Assembly: GCA_001600815.1 (NCBI GenBank) | Contig: BCKZ01000001.1 | Span: 478,613-542,612 of the forward strand | Direction of reading: 5' to 3' | Source: Alloascoidea hylecoeti | Lineage: Eukaryota | Length of the DNA: 64,000 nt | Shown: positions 23,128-35,475 of the stretch, piece after piece | How the letters are laid out: every line of letters begins with the position of its first letter | Numbering within the stretch: the stretch's first letter is position 1 | Program-made: the position numbers and the translations under genes | Notes under the pieces: model-generated | What the model saw: only the letters and a program-made list of their open reading frames with translations | What the model was told of the DNA's origin: nothing | Databases searched by the model: none

Positions 23128-24045
23128 ATGAAGTTATCGTGTCACTTTATTGCACATTTATTTGCTTGCCAGATCATCCTTTTAGGAACGAAATGCGAAG
23201 CAACTGTCTTGAATCCTTTCTGTAACCAGAATCAAGTATTTAAATATGCTTCAAACCTAAAAGCTCCCTTTCCAGATTGGTTATCACGCTTCACTGGCTT
23301 AACTGATTGGCCGGATGAAACGGTCGATCCACCTTATATCCCACTTGATTTTATTGATTCCAAAAAGATACCCTATTATCCGAGAAGAGGTAAGGATAAT
23401 TGTAATATTACAAGAGATGGTTGCTCGTTTGATTGTTACCATTGCATAAAACCAGATGAAATAATGGGTTGTTCTAAAATGAGCCAAACTTTTGACGATG
23501 GCCCAAGCCCTGGAACCGAGCAGCTTCTTGATCATATCACCCATAATACCACGTTCTTTACAGTTGGAACACAAATAGTGAATTGGCCTGCTATCTTTGT
23601 AAGAACGGTTAAAGAAGGTCATCTAGTTGGCTCACATACATGGTCCCACAAATTCTTGCCATCTTTATCAAATGAGGATATTATTGCACAGATTGAATGG
23701 TCGGTTTGGGCTATGAATGCTACCGCTGGTGTGATACCAAAATACTTCAGGCCTCCATACGGTGGTCTTGATGACAGAGTTCGAGCTATCACAGGAATGT
23801 TCGGTATGACTAATGTTTTATGGGATCACGATTCATTCGACTGGAAATTGTTCGGTGGTGAGATGAACAAAGATGAAATTGTTAATAATGTTTTGGGTTG
23901 GAATCATAGTTCAGGTTTGATATTAGAACATGATGTTTTATGTTCTTCCGCCCAAATGGGTGTCTATATATCAAAGATCCTGGGCGACGATCAGTATACA
24001 GTTGCTGAGTGTGTTTCTGGAAGGAGATACATGAACATTGTTTAA
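23128..24045 (+). CDS. CDA1: Chitin deacetylase (CE4/NodB), Cda1/Cda2-like, with signal peptide
   Basis: TFDDGP, HTWSHKFL, YFRPPYG, DSFDW and LILEHD CE4 motifs. A hydrophobic N-terminus follows the ATG at 23128. Confidence 0.92.
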   Translation: MKLSCHFIAHLFACQIILLGTKCEATVLNPFCNQNQVFKYASNLKAPFPDWLSRFTGLTDWPDETVDPPYIPLDFIDSKKIPYYPRRGKDNCNITRDGCSFDCYHCIKPDEIMGCSKMSQTFDDGPSPGTEQLLDHITHNTTFFTVGTQIVNWPAIFVRTVKEGHLVGSHTWSHKFLPSLSNEDIIAQIEWSVWAMNATAGVIPKYFRPPYGGLDDRVRAITGMFGMTNVLWDHDSFDWKLFGGEMNKDEIVNNVLGWNHSSGLILEHDVLCSSAQMGVYISKILGDDQYTVAECVSGRRYMNIV

Positions 24046-24149
24046 AGTATGATTGATTACACATATACAGATTTACACTAGTATTAGACAAGACAAACTT
24101 ATAAGAGGCTGCTAGTTTATTATTATGCTAATATAATTTAGAATGAATA

Positions 24150-27100
24150 TCATTTGACTACCATCAATAATCTTTTCTTGTCGTCATCGGTAAGTTTCAA
24201 AACAGTGGAAAGTACAGGTAATAACTGATTTCTTTGCTCCTTGTGTTCTAAAAATCCAAGAATGATGTTTTTTGCATAAGCTATACTGACTTCTGAACCT
24301 GGGGTCGAACTTGATGAAAGAGTAAGAGAAGATGATGATGCGTTTTTAGATTTATCGCTAGCATCACTCGAATGTCTATTTCGTCCTGCCTTGCGTTCAA
24401 TTTTATAATTTTCTAATTCTATGTTCTTGAACTTGTTGATTTTGTTCATTTTCTCTAATTTCAACTCCAAGTCTTCATTTTTCATCTTTAGATTTCTATT
24501 TAAATTCTCATAATTATTAAGTTTATTCTCATTCAAACCCAGTGAATTTCTTAATTCGTTGATTATATTCTTATGATTAGCTAATTCAGAATTATGAGAT
24601 TCTAGCTTAGACTCGTAATTTGCATTTATAAACTTTAATTGATCTATCAATGAGATATTGGTGGCTAATTGTTGTTTGGATAATATCACCTCATTGGTCA
24701 ATTCATTTAATCTAATTTTTAACTCTTCAAATTCTCGGGATTTCCTTTTTGTGAGTAAAACAGCTTCAGATTCAATCTTATCTTTTGCTTCTTGTAAACT
24801 CGTTATCTGTTGAGTCAATTCCAATACTCTAGAATGAGCTTGAGTTTCAGTTTCAGTCAAAAGACGTCTCATAGTTGATGTTTCACGACTACGTTCCTGT
24901 AGAAGCATATGTGTATCGGTTAACTCCTCTTCTATAGTTTCTAATCTTGTTTTAGATTCATGGGACCTCATAGATAGTTCATCACTTTGATTCCTAACAA
25001 TTAACAATTGATTTTTAAGAGTATCATTTTGTTGAGTTAATTTTTCCACTGTATTCAGATGCGTTGATATAGTAGAGTTTAAATCGTTCCTTTCTTTTTC
25101 TAATTTTTCAATCTTTCTTAAGTAGCTCGAAGTATCAGCATCAATCTTGTTAAGTTTAGCAGAAATATCATCCTTTTGTTGTGAAACCGCGAACTTCTCT
25201 TTATCTAAACGTGAAATGGTGTCTCTCATAGTTTGAGACCTTGATTCTAAAGATGAAATATTATCTTTCAATTTAGAAATCTGACTTTCTAACTCTTTTG
25301 CATGCTTATCATTTGACTCGGCAGAAGTTTTCAATCTGGAAATTTCCAATTTGTAAGACATTTCAGCACCCTTTAGTTTCTCAAAATCAATGACCTTTTT
25401 ATCAGCAATCTCTTTATTAGCGGTAACTGTTTTAAGTTCATTCTCTAATGATTTTAGAGCTTTAATCTTATCTTCGATAATATTTCTACTTTCTGTGAGT
25501 TCCTTGAACCGATTTTGAGAAAGTAAGATGTTCGTTTCGTTTTCTTTTACCAACAATTCATACTTCTTGTTAAGTTGACACTTTTCATCTTCATTCTTAC
25601 TCCTAGCTATCTCTGAATTTTTCAATTCCTCTTCTTTCTTCGTCAGCTCAGCTTCCAACCTCATATTTTCCTCTTGCACTTTTTTATATTTAGTTTGTAG
25701 CAAACTTATTTCATGTTTAAGAGACTTCAGCTGTTCTTCGTTAGCATGAATTCCAGCCGTTTGTAATTCTTTAATGTCATCCCTTGCTGTTACGAGTTCT
25801 TGTCCCACATCTCTAAGCATATCCCTAACATTATCTAATTCTTCGTTTTGCGATACTATTTTTCTTCTGCTAGATTGTTCTTTTTCTATAAGATCTGTTT
25901 TATCTTGTATTAACTTTGAATTTTCTTTCTTTAATTCTTCGTATTCCTCAGATAGATTGGATACAACCTTTCTTAAAGCATTAAGCTCACTTTCAAGTTC
26001 GCTAGATGTCTTGGAAGGAAGAGCGTTAACTGGTGTGTCTGGTTCGGACACAGTCTCCGTATCTTTGGTTGCACTTTTCTCCTCCTTTTCAGAATTTTCT
26101 TCAGATATCTTCTTCTTCTTGTTCTTCTTCTTCTTTTTATTCTTGCTCACCGGAGAATTTATGGTAAGTGAAGACTGTGGTGAAGTTATAACTTTAGGTT
26201 CTGACTTAGATTCTTCAATGTTCTCTTGTAACTTCTTAATCTCTTCTGTTAATTTTGTATTTTCCTCTTCCTTTAATTCAACATCATTTTTTAATTCTGT
26301 TATTTTTGTTTGAAATGCAAGCATTAGTTTATTCTTGTTAGACAAAGAGTTTTTAAGGTCTTCTATTTGTGTCAAGTGAGTGGCTGAAGAATTTTCAACA
26401 TCTTTTATTCTTGAAGAAAGTACTGCATTTTCAGATGATAACTGGTCAGATTTCGTAGTCAAGATATGTATACTATCTTTATCCTTAGAGCCCAATGTAG
26501 AATATTCCTTCAATTTAGTCTCTAATTCTTGCTTTTCTGAAGCAAGTAAGTCTCTAGATTGTGTCAATAATTTAATTTCTTCGTTTGATTTGGAGGTTGA
26601 TTCATCATGCTCTTTCCGCAACTTATCCAATCCTTCAGAAGAAGCTCTTGCATTACTTGGAGATTCTAGCTCACTTATTTTTGAAGATAATTCTTCTTTG
26701 AGTTGAGTGATATCATTTTCTAACTTATTGACAGCCTGTTTCTGCTTTTTTGTAAGATCATCAATTTCACTTTTTCTTTCTGATTTAATAATACGAAGTT
26801 CTTTTCGTAATTTTTCAACCTCGCTGGTCTTGTCCTTAACTAATAACTCGTCATTCTTTAACTTTTCATCCTTTTCTTTGTTTTGTTTGGTAAGATCTGT
26901 CACATCATGTGCTAACTTTCTCATTTCATCATTCAGCATATTAGTTCTTGTTTTCCAGCTATCTAAATACTCAATTAATACTTCGGGTTGAGATAGAGAT
27001 GGACATGGTGTGTATTCTTGGAGAATCTTTTCAAAATGTTCAATTAATGGGCCTTTTTTCTTCTCTTTTTTATAAGCTGCTAAGAGAAGAGGGTATTTAT

Positions 27101-27632
27101 CTTCATATTTTTTGAGTTTGTAAAGTCTAGATCTCACCTCCGGTGGATATTGACTTGTTTGGGGCACAGTTCCATTACTACCATTGTTTCCATTACTCCC
27201 ATTATTTACATTACTACCATTATTTCCATTATTTTCGTTACTACTATTGTTTCCTTCGCTAGCATTGGCCAAATCCGGTTTGGGAGTAGATGGTCTAGAT
27301 CCGGTTGCCCTCACAGTTTCCTCCGATGGCGGCCTTTTGACTTGCTCTTGTGGATTGGAAGCTGTTTTTACGTCTCCTTGCTGGGGATTAACTTCATCCT
27401 CTTTCAACATTAATTCGGTAACATCTGGTGTCTTAGCATGTAAAACTTCATCGCCATTATTAAGGGCCTTTTGACTTTCGGCCAAATTAGTTGGGGCTTG
27501 TTGTCGTGTTCTATTTTTATTTCTATTAGCGGTACCCTGTGGTGAGTTATCTGTACTATCCGCAGAAGCCCGAACAGCTTGCTCGAACTCCTCCGACAGA
27601 TTTTTTCCGATCTTAGTGAGTCGAGAAAACAT
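24150..27632 (-). CDS. IMH1: GRIP-domain golgin Imh1
   Basis: Long coiled coil. N-terminal PPEVRSRLYKLKKYEDKYPLLL...FEKILQEYTP block and C-terminal GRIP domain AYAKNIILGFLEHKEQRNQLLPVLSTVL. Confidence 0.92.
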   Translation of the reverse strand: MFSRLTKIGKNLSEEFEQAVRASADSTDNSPQGTANRNKNRTRQQAPTNLAESQKALNNGDEVLHAKTPDVTELMLKEDEVNPQQGDVKTASNPQEQVKRPPSEETVRATGSRPSTPKPDLANASEGNNSSNENNGNNGSNVNNGSNGNNGSNGTVPQTSQYPPEVRSRLYKLKKYEDKYPLLLAAYKKEKKKGPLIEHFEKILQEYTPCPSLSQPEVLIEYLDSWKTRTNMLNDEMRKLAHDVTDLTKQNKEKDEKLKNDELLVKDKTSEVEKLRKELRIIKSERKSEIDDLTKKQKQAVNKLENDITQLKEELSSKISELESPSNARASSEGLDKLRKEHDESTSKSNEEIKLLTQSRDLLASEKQELETKLKEYSTLGSKDKDSIHILTTKSDQLSSENAVLSSRIKDVENSSATHLTQIEDLKNSLSNKNKLMLAFQTKITELKNDVELKEEENTKLTEEIKKLQENIEESKSEPKVITSPQSSLTINSPVSKNKKKKKNKKKKISEENSEKEEKSATKDTETVSEPDTPVNALPSKTSSELESELNALRKVVSNLSEEYEELKKENSKLIQDKTDLIEKEQSSRRKIVSQNEELDNVRDMLRDVGQELVTARDDIKELQTAGIHANEEQLKSLKHEISLLQTKYKKVQEENMRLEAELTKKEEELKNSEIARSKNEDEKCQLNKKYELLVKENETNILLSQNRFKELTESRNIIEDKIKALKSLENELKTVTANKEIADKKVIDFEKLKGAEMSYKLEISRLKTSAESNDKHAKELESQISKLKDNISSLESRSQTMRDTISRLDKEKFAVSQQKDDISAKLNKIDADTSSYLRKIEKLEKERNDLNSTISTHLNTVEKLTQQNDTLKNQLLIVRNQSDELSMRSHESKTRLETIEEELTDTHMLLQERSRETSTMRRLLTETETQAHSRVLELTQQITSLQEAKDKIESEAVLLTKRKSREFEELKIRLNELTNEVILSKQQLATNISLIDQLKFINANYESKLESHNSELANHKNIINELRNSLGLNENKLNNYENLNRNLKMKNEDLELKLEKMNKINKFKNIELENYKIERKAGRNRHSSDASDKSKNASSSSLTLSSSSTPGSEVSIAYAKNIILGFLEHKEQRNQLLPVLSTVLKLTDDDKKRLLMVVK

Positions 27633-28528
27633 GAATGAGTTACAGAAGTGATCCGGAAACTATCCAATTTTGCAATAGTTAATGTTGGCTGAGGATAAAT
27701 TAATGGATAAATTATCATGACATAATTGCTTATTCATGCAGATAAATCTGTGAATTATAATTATGCCTGAGTCAATTAAAAGGACAACAAATTTCAATTT
27801 AAAGGTGAAACCCTTTTATGGGAGTTTTCATGATCATGAAGGTATGAATTTCAATCTAATTTTTAATTAAAATTTTGATTCCAAGTCAGGTTGCAATTCT
27901 GTTACTTTCAATTGTCCTACGCCTATAAACCTTACTATTACACAATAGCTGCTAGCGCTATAGTAATATTGTATATGACACCCAAGCATGTGTACAATAA
28001 TACTTGTTAACGTTGTTAGCACAAAGTTTTATAACTCAAAGTCCACATTATATTGACGTATTTCTACTATTATCGACATGATCGCATCTATATCACATTC
28101 ATGATCATATCATAAACATATAGCTAGTTATAATTATATCCTAACTCCTAGCGAACGATATATTTCTTCATTAATTGTTTTTAGACATATTCATACTAAA
28201 ACCACGCAATTGCAAGAACGAGAATGTTGACAGAAGTAAATCATTAAATGAAATTAAACAACCGTAAAACGATCACTCCCTCAATCGATATATATTTTTT
28301 TTATATATATAAAATGTAAAATAATAAAAGCTAAACTTAAACTTAAATGTAAATGTAAATTTTTTTTCGATAATCGTGATCGAAATCATAATTAATTAAA
28401 AAACAAGTCAAAAAAACTAATTTGAAAGTCATCAGATAAAAAAGATTGAGGAAAAAGCAGGGGTGGTGGTGTACGACAATATGATACAATATGTTAAAAC
28501 TTCATTCAATTGCAACAAAATCAACCCG

Positions 28529-31500
28529 TTAGTACTGATTAGGATAAACCGAATTATTGCCACTTTTAATATTTAACGCAGCAAGTGCTTCATAAGGAAT
28601 TGAACCATAAGCAGCATTAGTAGGACGATCTCTTGGTTCGACACTAAGAGAAAGTTCATATTGATCATCAATTGGAGGACTAGCATCAAATCCTGTAGAC
28701 AAATAATCTTGAATTTCAGAAATTTCCTGCAAATTATATCTCGTTACTTGATATTGCTGAATTTGTTGCACTAAATTAAAAATTTTAACCCTTTTACCAA
28801 AATGAATCATATTTGGGTTACCCAAATAGAAGTCAGAGTTACCACTTTCAATGAAAATCAAATCTGTAAGAAAAACACCAAAGAATGGAACACAAGGAGG
28901 GTGAATAAGATTCAATAAATCTCTATATTCACCAAAATTCCTAGCTGAATTCATTAATTTATTCATAGATTCTAAAGATGACATTGTCTTTGGAGAAACT
29001 TGAGTCCAAGTTTTCTTCAAACGATGAATTGTAGAATGACATAAGGCTGTTAAGATAGCTGTCATAGAAGAAAAGTTATTATAACGGCGGCATTTCTCCG
29101 CAACCATAATAAAGTACCTGATAACGGCAACTCTCTTTTTAATATCACGTTGCCTTAGAACAATATAAGAAACCCAATTAGTTAACTTGGTAGAATTATT
29201 AATGAAATCAACAACATGTCTTGTACTACCAACTTTACCATGCTTACTACTCCAACAACGATGTAAACATTCCATTGGTGTAATATGACTAAACAATTCG
29301 CAATCACGGATTGTCATTTGTCTTGCCATTTCTAGAGGATCAATATCCAACAAACGAACCTTCTTAATATTCCTTGGGAAGATAGGTGGTGGCGGTGGCA
29401 TATCAAAATGAGTAATAGAAGTTGGTCCACCAAACCCAACATTAATCTCTTTGCCTTGCATTCTCATGTTACAATATTTCAATAATCTAGCAACTGGGAA
29501 CTTCTCATTTAATAGAGGTGTAAGAAATTCTTTGATTGATGTAATAAGCTTCTTACCATTAGCATCTTCTTCATCAATATAAGTATCTACCCAATAAGAT
29601 TCTAACCATGTCCTTAAAATGTTGATAACTCTCAATCTAATAGGTATTTGCTTTCTTTCTCTCCAAGTACCAAATTCTTGATAACTAAGACCTTCAGGAG
29701 GTTGGATTGTAAATCTTGAAACCAACATTTCAAAGAATTCAATTGGTGACATGATACTTTGAAGAGTTAGTAGCATAACTTTATTAAAATTTGAATCCAA
29801 AAAGTCATGATGGGTCAGCCTCTCAATAAGTGCAAACTTAGGACCGGCTTTGACATTTTCACCATTTCTATCAAAAAGCAATTGATTTTCATAGTCAGGC
29901 TGTAAGAACCAGGAAAGTTCTGGATTGGTATGCATAACAGGTATAACCTTGTCAATACTTTCATCATCTTGTTGCTCTTGATTATTTTCAGTAACAAGAT
30001 TTCCAAAATCACTATTCATAGCACGAGAAGTATAATTAACTAAAGCATCACGCTCTTCAATCAATTGTGAAACATTAATAACCATTTGCTTCAAGTTATT
30101 CTTCAACTTTAAACAAGATTGTAGCAACAAAGCATCGATGTCAATAAGGCTTAGCGTCTCGCTCACTGTAATGACAACATCCTCCTTTCTGCTAGAAACT
30201 CCAGCAATAACATTTTCTACGGCTGTATCGCTGTATGATACAGTCCTTACCATATCTGGATCTTCCATAGTAATTGTTTGACACGACATTACAAGTTCCA
30301 TAAAATTATCATAAAGTAATTGCTTAACCTCAAAGAACTCAATAAGAACAGGATATGAAAAGAACAATAACGAATAAATGTAATTAGAATCTTGTTTAAT
30401 CTCATTACCATCCTGATCGATAATTGTAGAGCTTCTTCTAATGGACTTGAAGACACTAAAGTCAATGGCTTCTAACAAATTCAATATGCCACTAACGGTA
30501 TTCATGATACCATGAACTGTCGTTACGATTATTACATTCCTTTCTTCTGTTGTTAGTGCAGGAACTGGTCGCAAATATGGATGAGAATGAGAATGTGAAA
30601 GCCTTGGACGACTTCCCTGGGGAGACTGTGGTTGCTGATTATGAGAATAAGGCAGATTACTATTATTACTGATGCCGTTATTGCTATTATTATTATTGTT
30701 GCCATTACCGTTATTATTGCTGTTATTGCCGCCATTATAATTAGATTGGGGTTCGCCTGATCTCACAACCCTCTCTAGAGGCGTCGAAGTGGATAAAGTA
30801 CTATCCGGATTCTCTAAACTCTTTTCAACCTGTTGAATGATACCTACTGCAAGCAATCTCTGTCTCTCTAAAATAGCAAGTAGATCATTATCCAAAACCA
30901 GAACAGCTAAATCAGTCTGCGTGCTATCAACACTAAACGGATTAGAAGGGGCGATACTTGGAGCACCATGAGCTTTATCTTCTTCGTAGAATGGATTGGT
31001 CCAGTGGCCTCCAACAAATCTTTGAGCAACAAATCTGGGATTGTTTTGAGGTAAAAGTTCTTTAAATTCTTCAGGTTCAAATTTACCTTTAATTGATTGG
31101 AAAACATTGATAATATTATCAAGTTGTTCAACTAATGCACTACCTGCTATTTCGCATTGTTCATAAAAATATGAAGATTTAAAGTATGATAATGAATTTT
31201 CCTCGCTGGGTGTTCGTTCTTTTTCATTATTGTCCGATTCCGCTTCAGAGTCAGATTCTTCGGAATCAGGCCTAGATTTTTCAACGTTTTCTGTTTCGGT
31301 ATGTTCACCTTCATCATCGTCATCAATTTTATTGTTATTATCATCATCATTATCGAATTCCGTCAACGAAGTAATGGCTGCCTTTGTTTCTCTGTCTCTT
31401 AGACTATCACGTCTAGCATAAGTATCAACAAAGTCGGCCTCCTTTTCTTTATCTTCATCTTCCTTAGCACCAGTCTCAGCTTCAATTTCATCTTCTTCAA

Positions 31501-32451
31501 TTATATCAGAAGTTTGATGGACGCTACCATGCTCCTTATCTTGTAGATTTTCAACCTCTTTTTCAAAAATTTCTGCTTCCTTTTTTAATCTTTCTATATC
31601 TTCAGTTAACGCAATCTTAGAATTTTCATTCGTAGTATTTGGTTTTGAACCTTTAGCTTCAAAGTATAAGTCAGCATTAACAACTAACCTTGATAATGAA
31701 AAAACAAAATTTCTCATAGCTTTTGCTAAATAATCAACATTTGGATCATTTGGACGATATGTACCGAATTTATTGTATAATCTTAAAATCTGATAAACCC
31801 TAAGTACAGAACTGCTAAGGTAATAACATTTCCCTTTTGTTAATTCGAAATCTTCATCTTTGATTGATTTTAATGCATCATCAATGGTTTTCTTGAATGC
31901 TTGATGAAAGTCCGCCCAGTTAACAAAATCGTCCTCATCAGTATAAAAATCCTCATCCTTTTCAGGGTATATAGGATCGCTATATGTAGAATCTGAAATA
32001 CGGACAGCTTCGGCATTGCTAGGTTGTTTAGTCTAAATTAAATGATTAATGAAAAATGTTAGTGATCTGCAAATTCAATCCAATAATGTAAAAGCAATCA
32101 AGACATACCTGAAATAAGTATTGCCCAAATTTGAGATTTAGATCAGCTAAATTAGTATCTGTATTTGTGCTCGATTTGCTAGCGGAATCTGCAACATCTT
32201 GCGGCACGGTAGCAGATGATGGAATAACAAGATCATCCGGTCCTGGTGGATTATCACCATTATCCATAGGTTGAAAAGGAATCTCTGTAGAATAAGTGCC
32301 ACTTATTGGTTCAAAATAAACCAAATTTCCCTTGTTTGTTGCTTGAGGGACCCAGAAAGCCTGTTTCTGAGGAGGCTCTGAGGGTTGGGCATTTTGAGCA
32401 GCCGATTGAATTGGTGAAGAGTTGCCAGCATTTTGAGGGGCCTGAGATGGC

Positions 32452-32500
<49 letters not shown>

Positions 32501-33437
32501 TGGCGTAAGGTTGAGATGGTTGTTGTCCACCTTGGTTGTGTCCCCTAATCTGCTGCTGTTGCTGTGGATTTCCTCTATTATGCATGTGCATTAGGTTTTC
32601 CTCGTTTCCAGCACTAGAGTGTTCGTACATGTATTTTGAAGTAACGGGATGATGAGGCCCCTGATGTTGAAAATTTTGAGATGATCGATGAACAAGTGTC
32701 GTTTCTCCGTTAGGTCCTAAGGGGCCCTGTGCTCCTTGTTGTGAAGAAGATCGATCACGACCTTTAGATCCAGGCGACATCAATGGCTCAGATTCCAGTT
32801 GAAGCATGGTATGAGCACCTGGGGTTCCAGGAGCAGCATTATGAGAAGGAGAATGAGGTGTCGTAGATTTTGGTGAACCTTCGTTGGTAGGGCCAGTGTA
32901 TTTAGGCGATCTCGATTCTTCAAGTGTTTCATCAAAGGTTTCTAGTGCCGGTGGTGCCCTTGGATCTATTCCAGAAACGCCTGAATTCTGTGACAATCCT
33001 GGAGGAATATCATCAGATACATACGAAATTGTGGAATCTTTTCGAGAGTTTGAAGGTTGGAAAGTAGAGGAGTTTAAAGATTCTGAGTCATCTGAAGCAA
33101 AAGAGAATAAACTAGTGGAACCATTAGTTGAAAGGTTTTGAGATTGAATAGTTATATGGGACGCAGTACTGAATGGCCTGACATAAGTGCTGGGGAACCA
33201 TCCTCTCTCGCCTTCTCTAGAAGGATTTTTATTCAAAGCATCTGAAACAATTACTCCGTCCCACCAGCCTCCGTCGGATTTGATGACTACCTGGATCACA
33301 TCCCCTTGAAATAATGGGAGAAAGTTAGCTGGAAGACCGATAGATTCGCTACCAATTAAGGAGTCGGGTGAAAAATCGTATTGCACTACCACACTTTCTG
33401 TCATCGGTGGCTGAACAAATGGCTGGGTGGAAGCCAT
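28529..33437 (-). CDS. CDC25: Ras guanine-nucleotide exchange factor Cdc25 (SH3, REM, RasGEF); exons 32109-33437 and 28529-32032, intron 32033-32108
   Basis: N-terminal SH3 (QYDF...GWWDG...RGWFPSTYV), REM (ALIERLTHH, RLRVINILRTW), RasGEF (NNFSS, RLKKTW, PCVPFFGVFLTDL). The intron GTATGT...CACTAAC...TAG keeps the frame open into the second ORF. Confidence 0.95.
32452..32496 (-). repeat. (CAA)n polyglutamine tract in CDC25
   Basis: Pure TTG repeat on the + strand encoding a Q run. Confidence 0.9.
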
Positions 33438-35440
33438 ATTTAAGGGTGCGAAATTATTTGTGGGTTAAGCCAAAAAGCCAAAAAGCTAAAAAATATCAGT
33501 ATAAGAAGAACAGAAGGGGAGGTTTAAAAGAAAAAAGAGTTGAGGAGGAAGAGATGTAACTCAAGAAAGCTAAAACAGGATATTATTACAATAAAACTTC
33601 CAATTCTCTTTATTTTTGTATTTTTTCTCTTTAGCCTGCCTGCCTTTATGAATTTCTTGTAATTGATGTGCCTGTAAGTGCCTGAGTTGATCTATGAACC
33701 CTCGTAATTTATTATTCTACAGCCTAATTCTCACATGCGTTACTACAAAGTGTATGGTGTGCCTAGTATTATCCTGATCCGTCGCTGTTGTTGCTCAAAT
33801 CCATCAAATCCTTACTCAAAAATTAAAATATCCTAATAAGACCATAAGTCGCCTGAAAACCGATGCCCAAATTACCTTCTTAAAGGAGTTCGTAAGAGAT
33901 CTCTCGGGTTTTAACTTATTACTTTTGTTCTCACGGTGCCTTCAATGCCTTAATAATATCCTCTCCATTTTGCTCCATACTTGTCCTTCTTACAGCTAAA
34001 ATCTCACAACAATTGTTGAGCATTTGCTTATGTCTAGACGTTAAAGTTAACTTTCGACAGTTTAATTATGTCCTGCTTATAATTATAATTAAACGTTAAA
34101 GTTAACCTTAGACATCTTAATTGTTAATATGCAAGCAACGATCGTAAGTAATATACACGATTTTGGCTTTTAGTTTAACCCGGAACACCTTGTCCATCTC
34201 TGACACTAACGTTCATTTATAGAGTCTACACTGAACAAGACGCTTATGTCTTCTTCCTATTCCGATTCTGTAATAATGTGTCACTTAAATCCTTGAACTA
34301 GTCATCCCGAATCTGGCCTATGCTGGACTTCTACTTATATCATACATGCTCATTTATATGTTCGTATTATCATCAAAATAAATTGCAATTATCTTTTCAG
34401 GTGTATATCAATATCGCTTTCTTGTACCCGACTTTAATAGAAATCTTCATTTGTATATTTTAATCAAAACTAATATTGTTTTAGTTTTCACACATAATAT
34501 ATAAGGCATTTGCATACGTACACCGCGAATATGGCCCTGAACTTATTTATAGATAAATTTAAGAAAAACTAATTATGAAGTTATTTGTTTAAATTATAAT
34601 TAGTGAAATGGCAATATATAGGGCTATAGATTTCTTTTTAATTGCTGAAAGTGGAATGAATCTGTTAACACCGAATGCTCTCATCTATCTAAATTCATAA
34701 ATCTAGTAAAGTTAAGTCTATAATTAGCATAAATTTTCATGTTCTTAATGTTTTGACCATTAACATTTAATTAATTTACGTTTTTCTTTTTTTTTTTTGA
34801 GGTTAATGAGCTAAGATCTAGATCACCTTACATCTAAATCATGATTTTTAAATTTTCTCTATCGATATCATAAGATTTTTACAGTATAATCAAAGAAATT
34901 AGATACAGAGAGATTACAGTATTGCATGCTGCCTACGTTACAATTGCATACCCTCCTTATAAGATGAGTTTAAGTTTTTGCTAGTTTTTAACTCATCGTG
35001 AGAGCAATGCTTATATTTTTCAAAAACCAAGTAATAGAAGTGAGTGCAAGTTTAAAGTTGATATAATAATGAAATAAAAAGCTTACCCGATCATGAATCA
35101 TGATATATTAATTATAGACCTTCGTTTGAAATATCCTTGACATAGGCCATATTTTCTGTTTTCTTCATCAATGAAAATTTATATGAAATATCCAAATCTA
35201 CATACATGATGTCTCTCATGCCCGATGCATGTAATATTAAAAGTATATAGCTAATTAATATATTGAGAATAGAATATAAAAGCAGATTGACGCATATGGT
35301 GAAATACTTTCTCTTCTTATCATCAGTCATATTTAAATTTTGATATTATTCAATTATTGTATAAGAAATAATATTCATCTTTAAATTTTTATAAGTTGGT
35401 TGCGAATAAGAACAAGAACAGGTATTTAAACCTAAGTAAC

Positions 35441-35475
35441 TACTAACTACTAACTACTAACTACAAACTATAAAC
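35441..35475 (+). repeat. 7-bp tandem repeat (TACTAAC)3-TACAAAC-TATAAAC
   Basis: Read directly from the sequence. Confidence 0.85.

Noticed and set aside
25774..27474. Run of antisense ORFs within IMH1, and similar ones in TRS120, CDC25, CHK1 and eEF3
   Set aside because: Shadow ORFs caused by codon bias of the real gene on the opposite strand.
34901..34935. GATACAGAGAGATTA...GCATG, similar to the U6 snRNA ACAGAGA box
   Set aside because: The AGC triad, internal stem-loop and conserved 3' sequence do not follow at the right spacing; probably chance.
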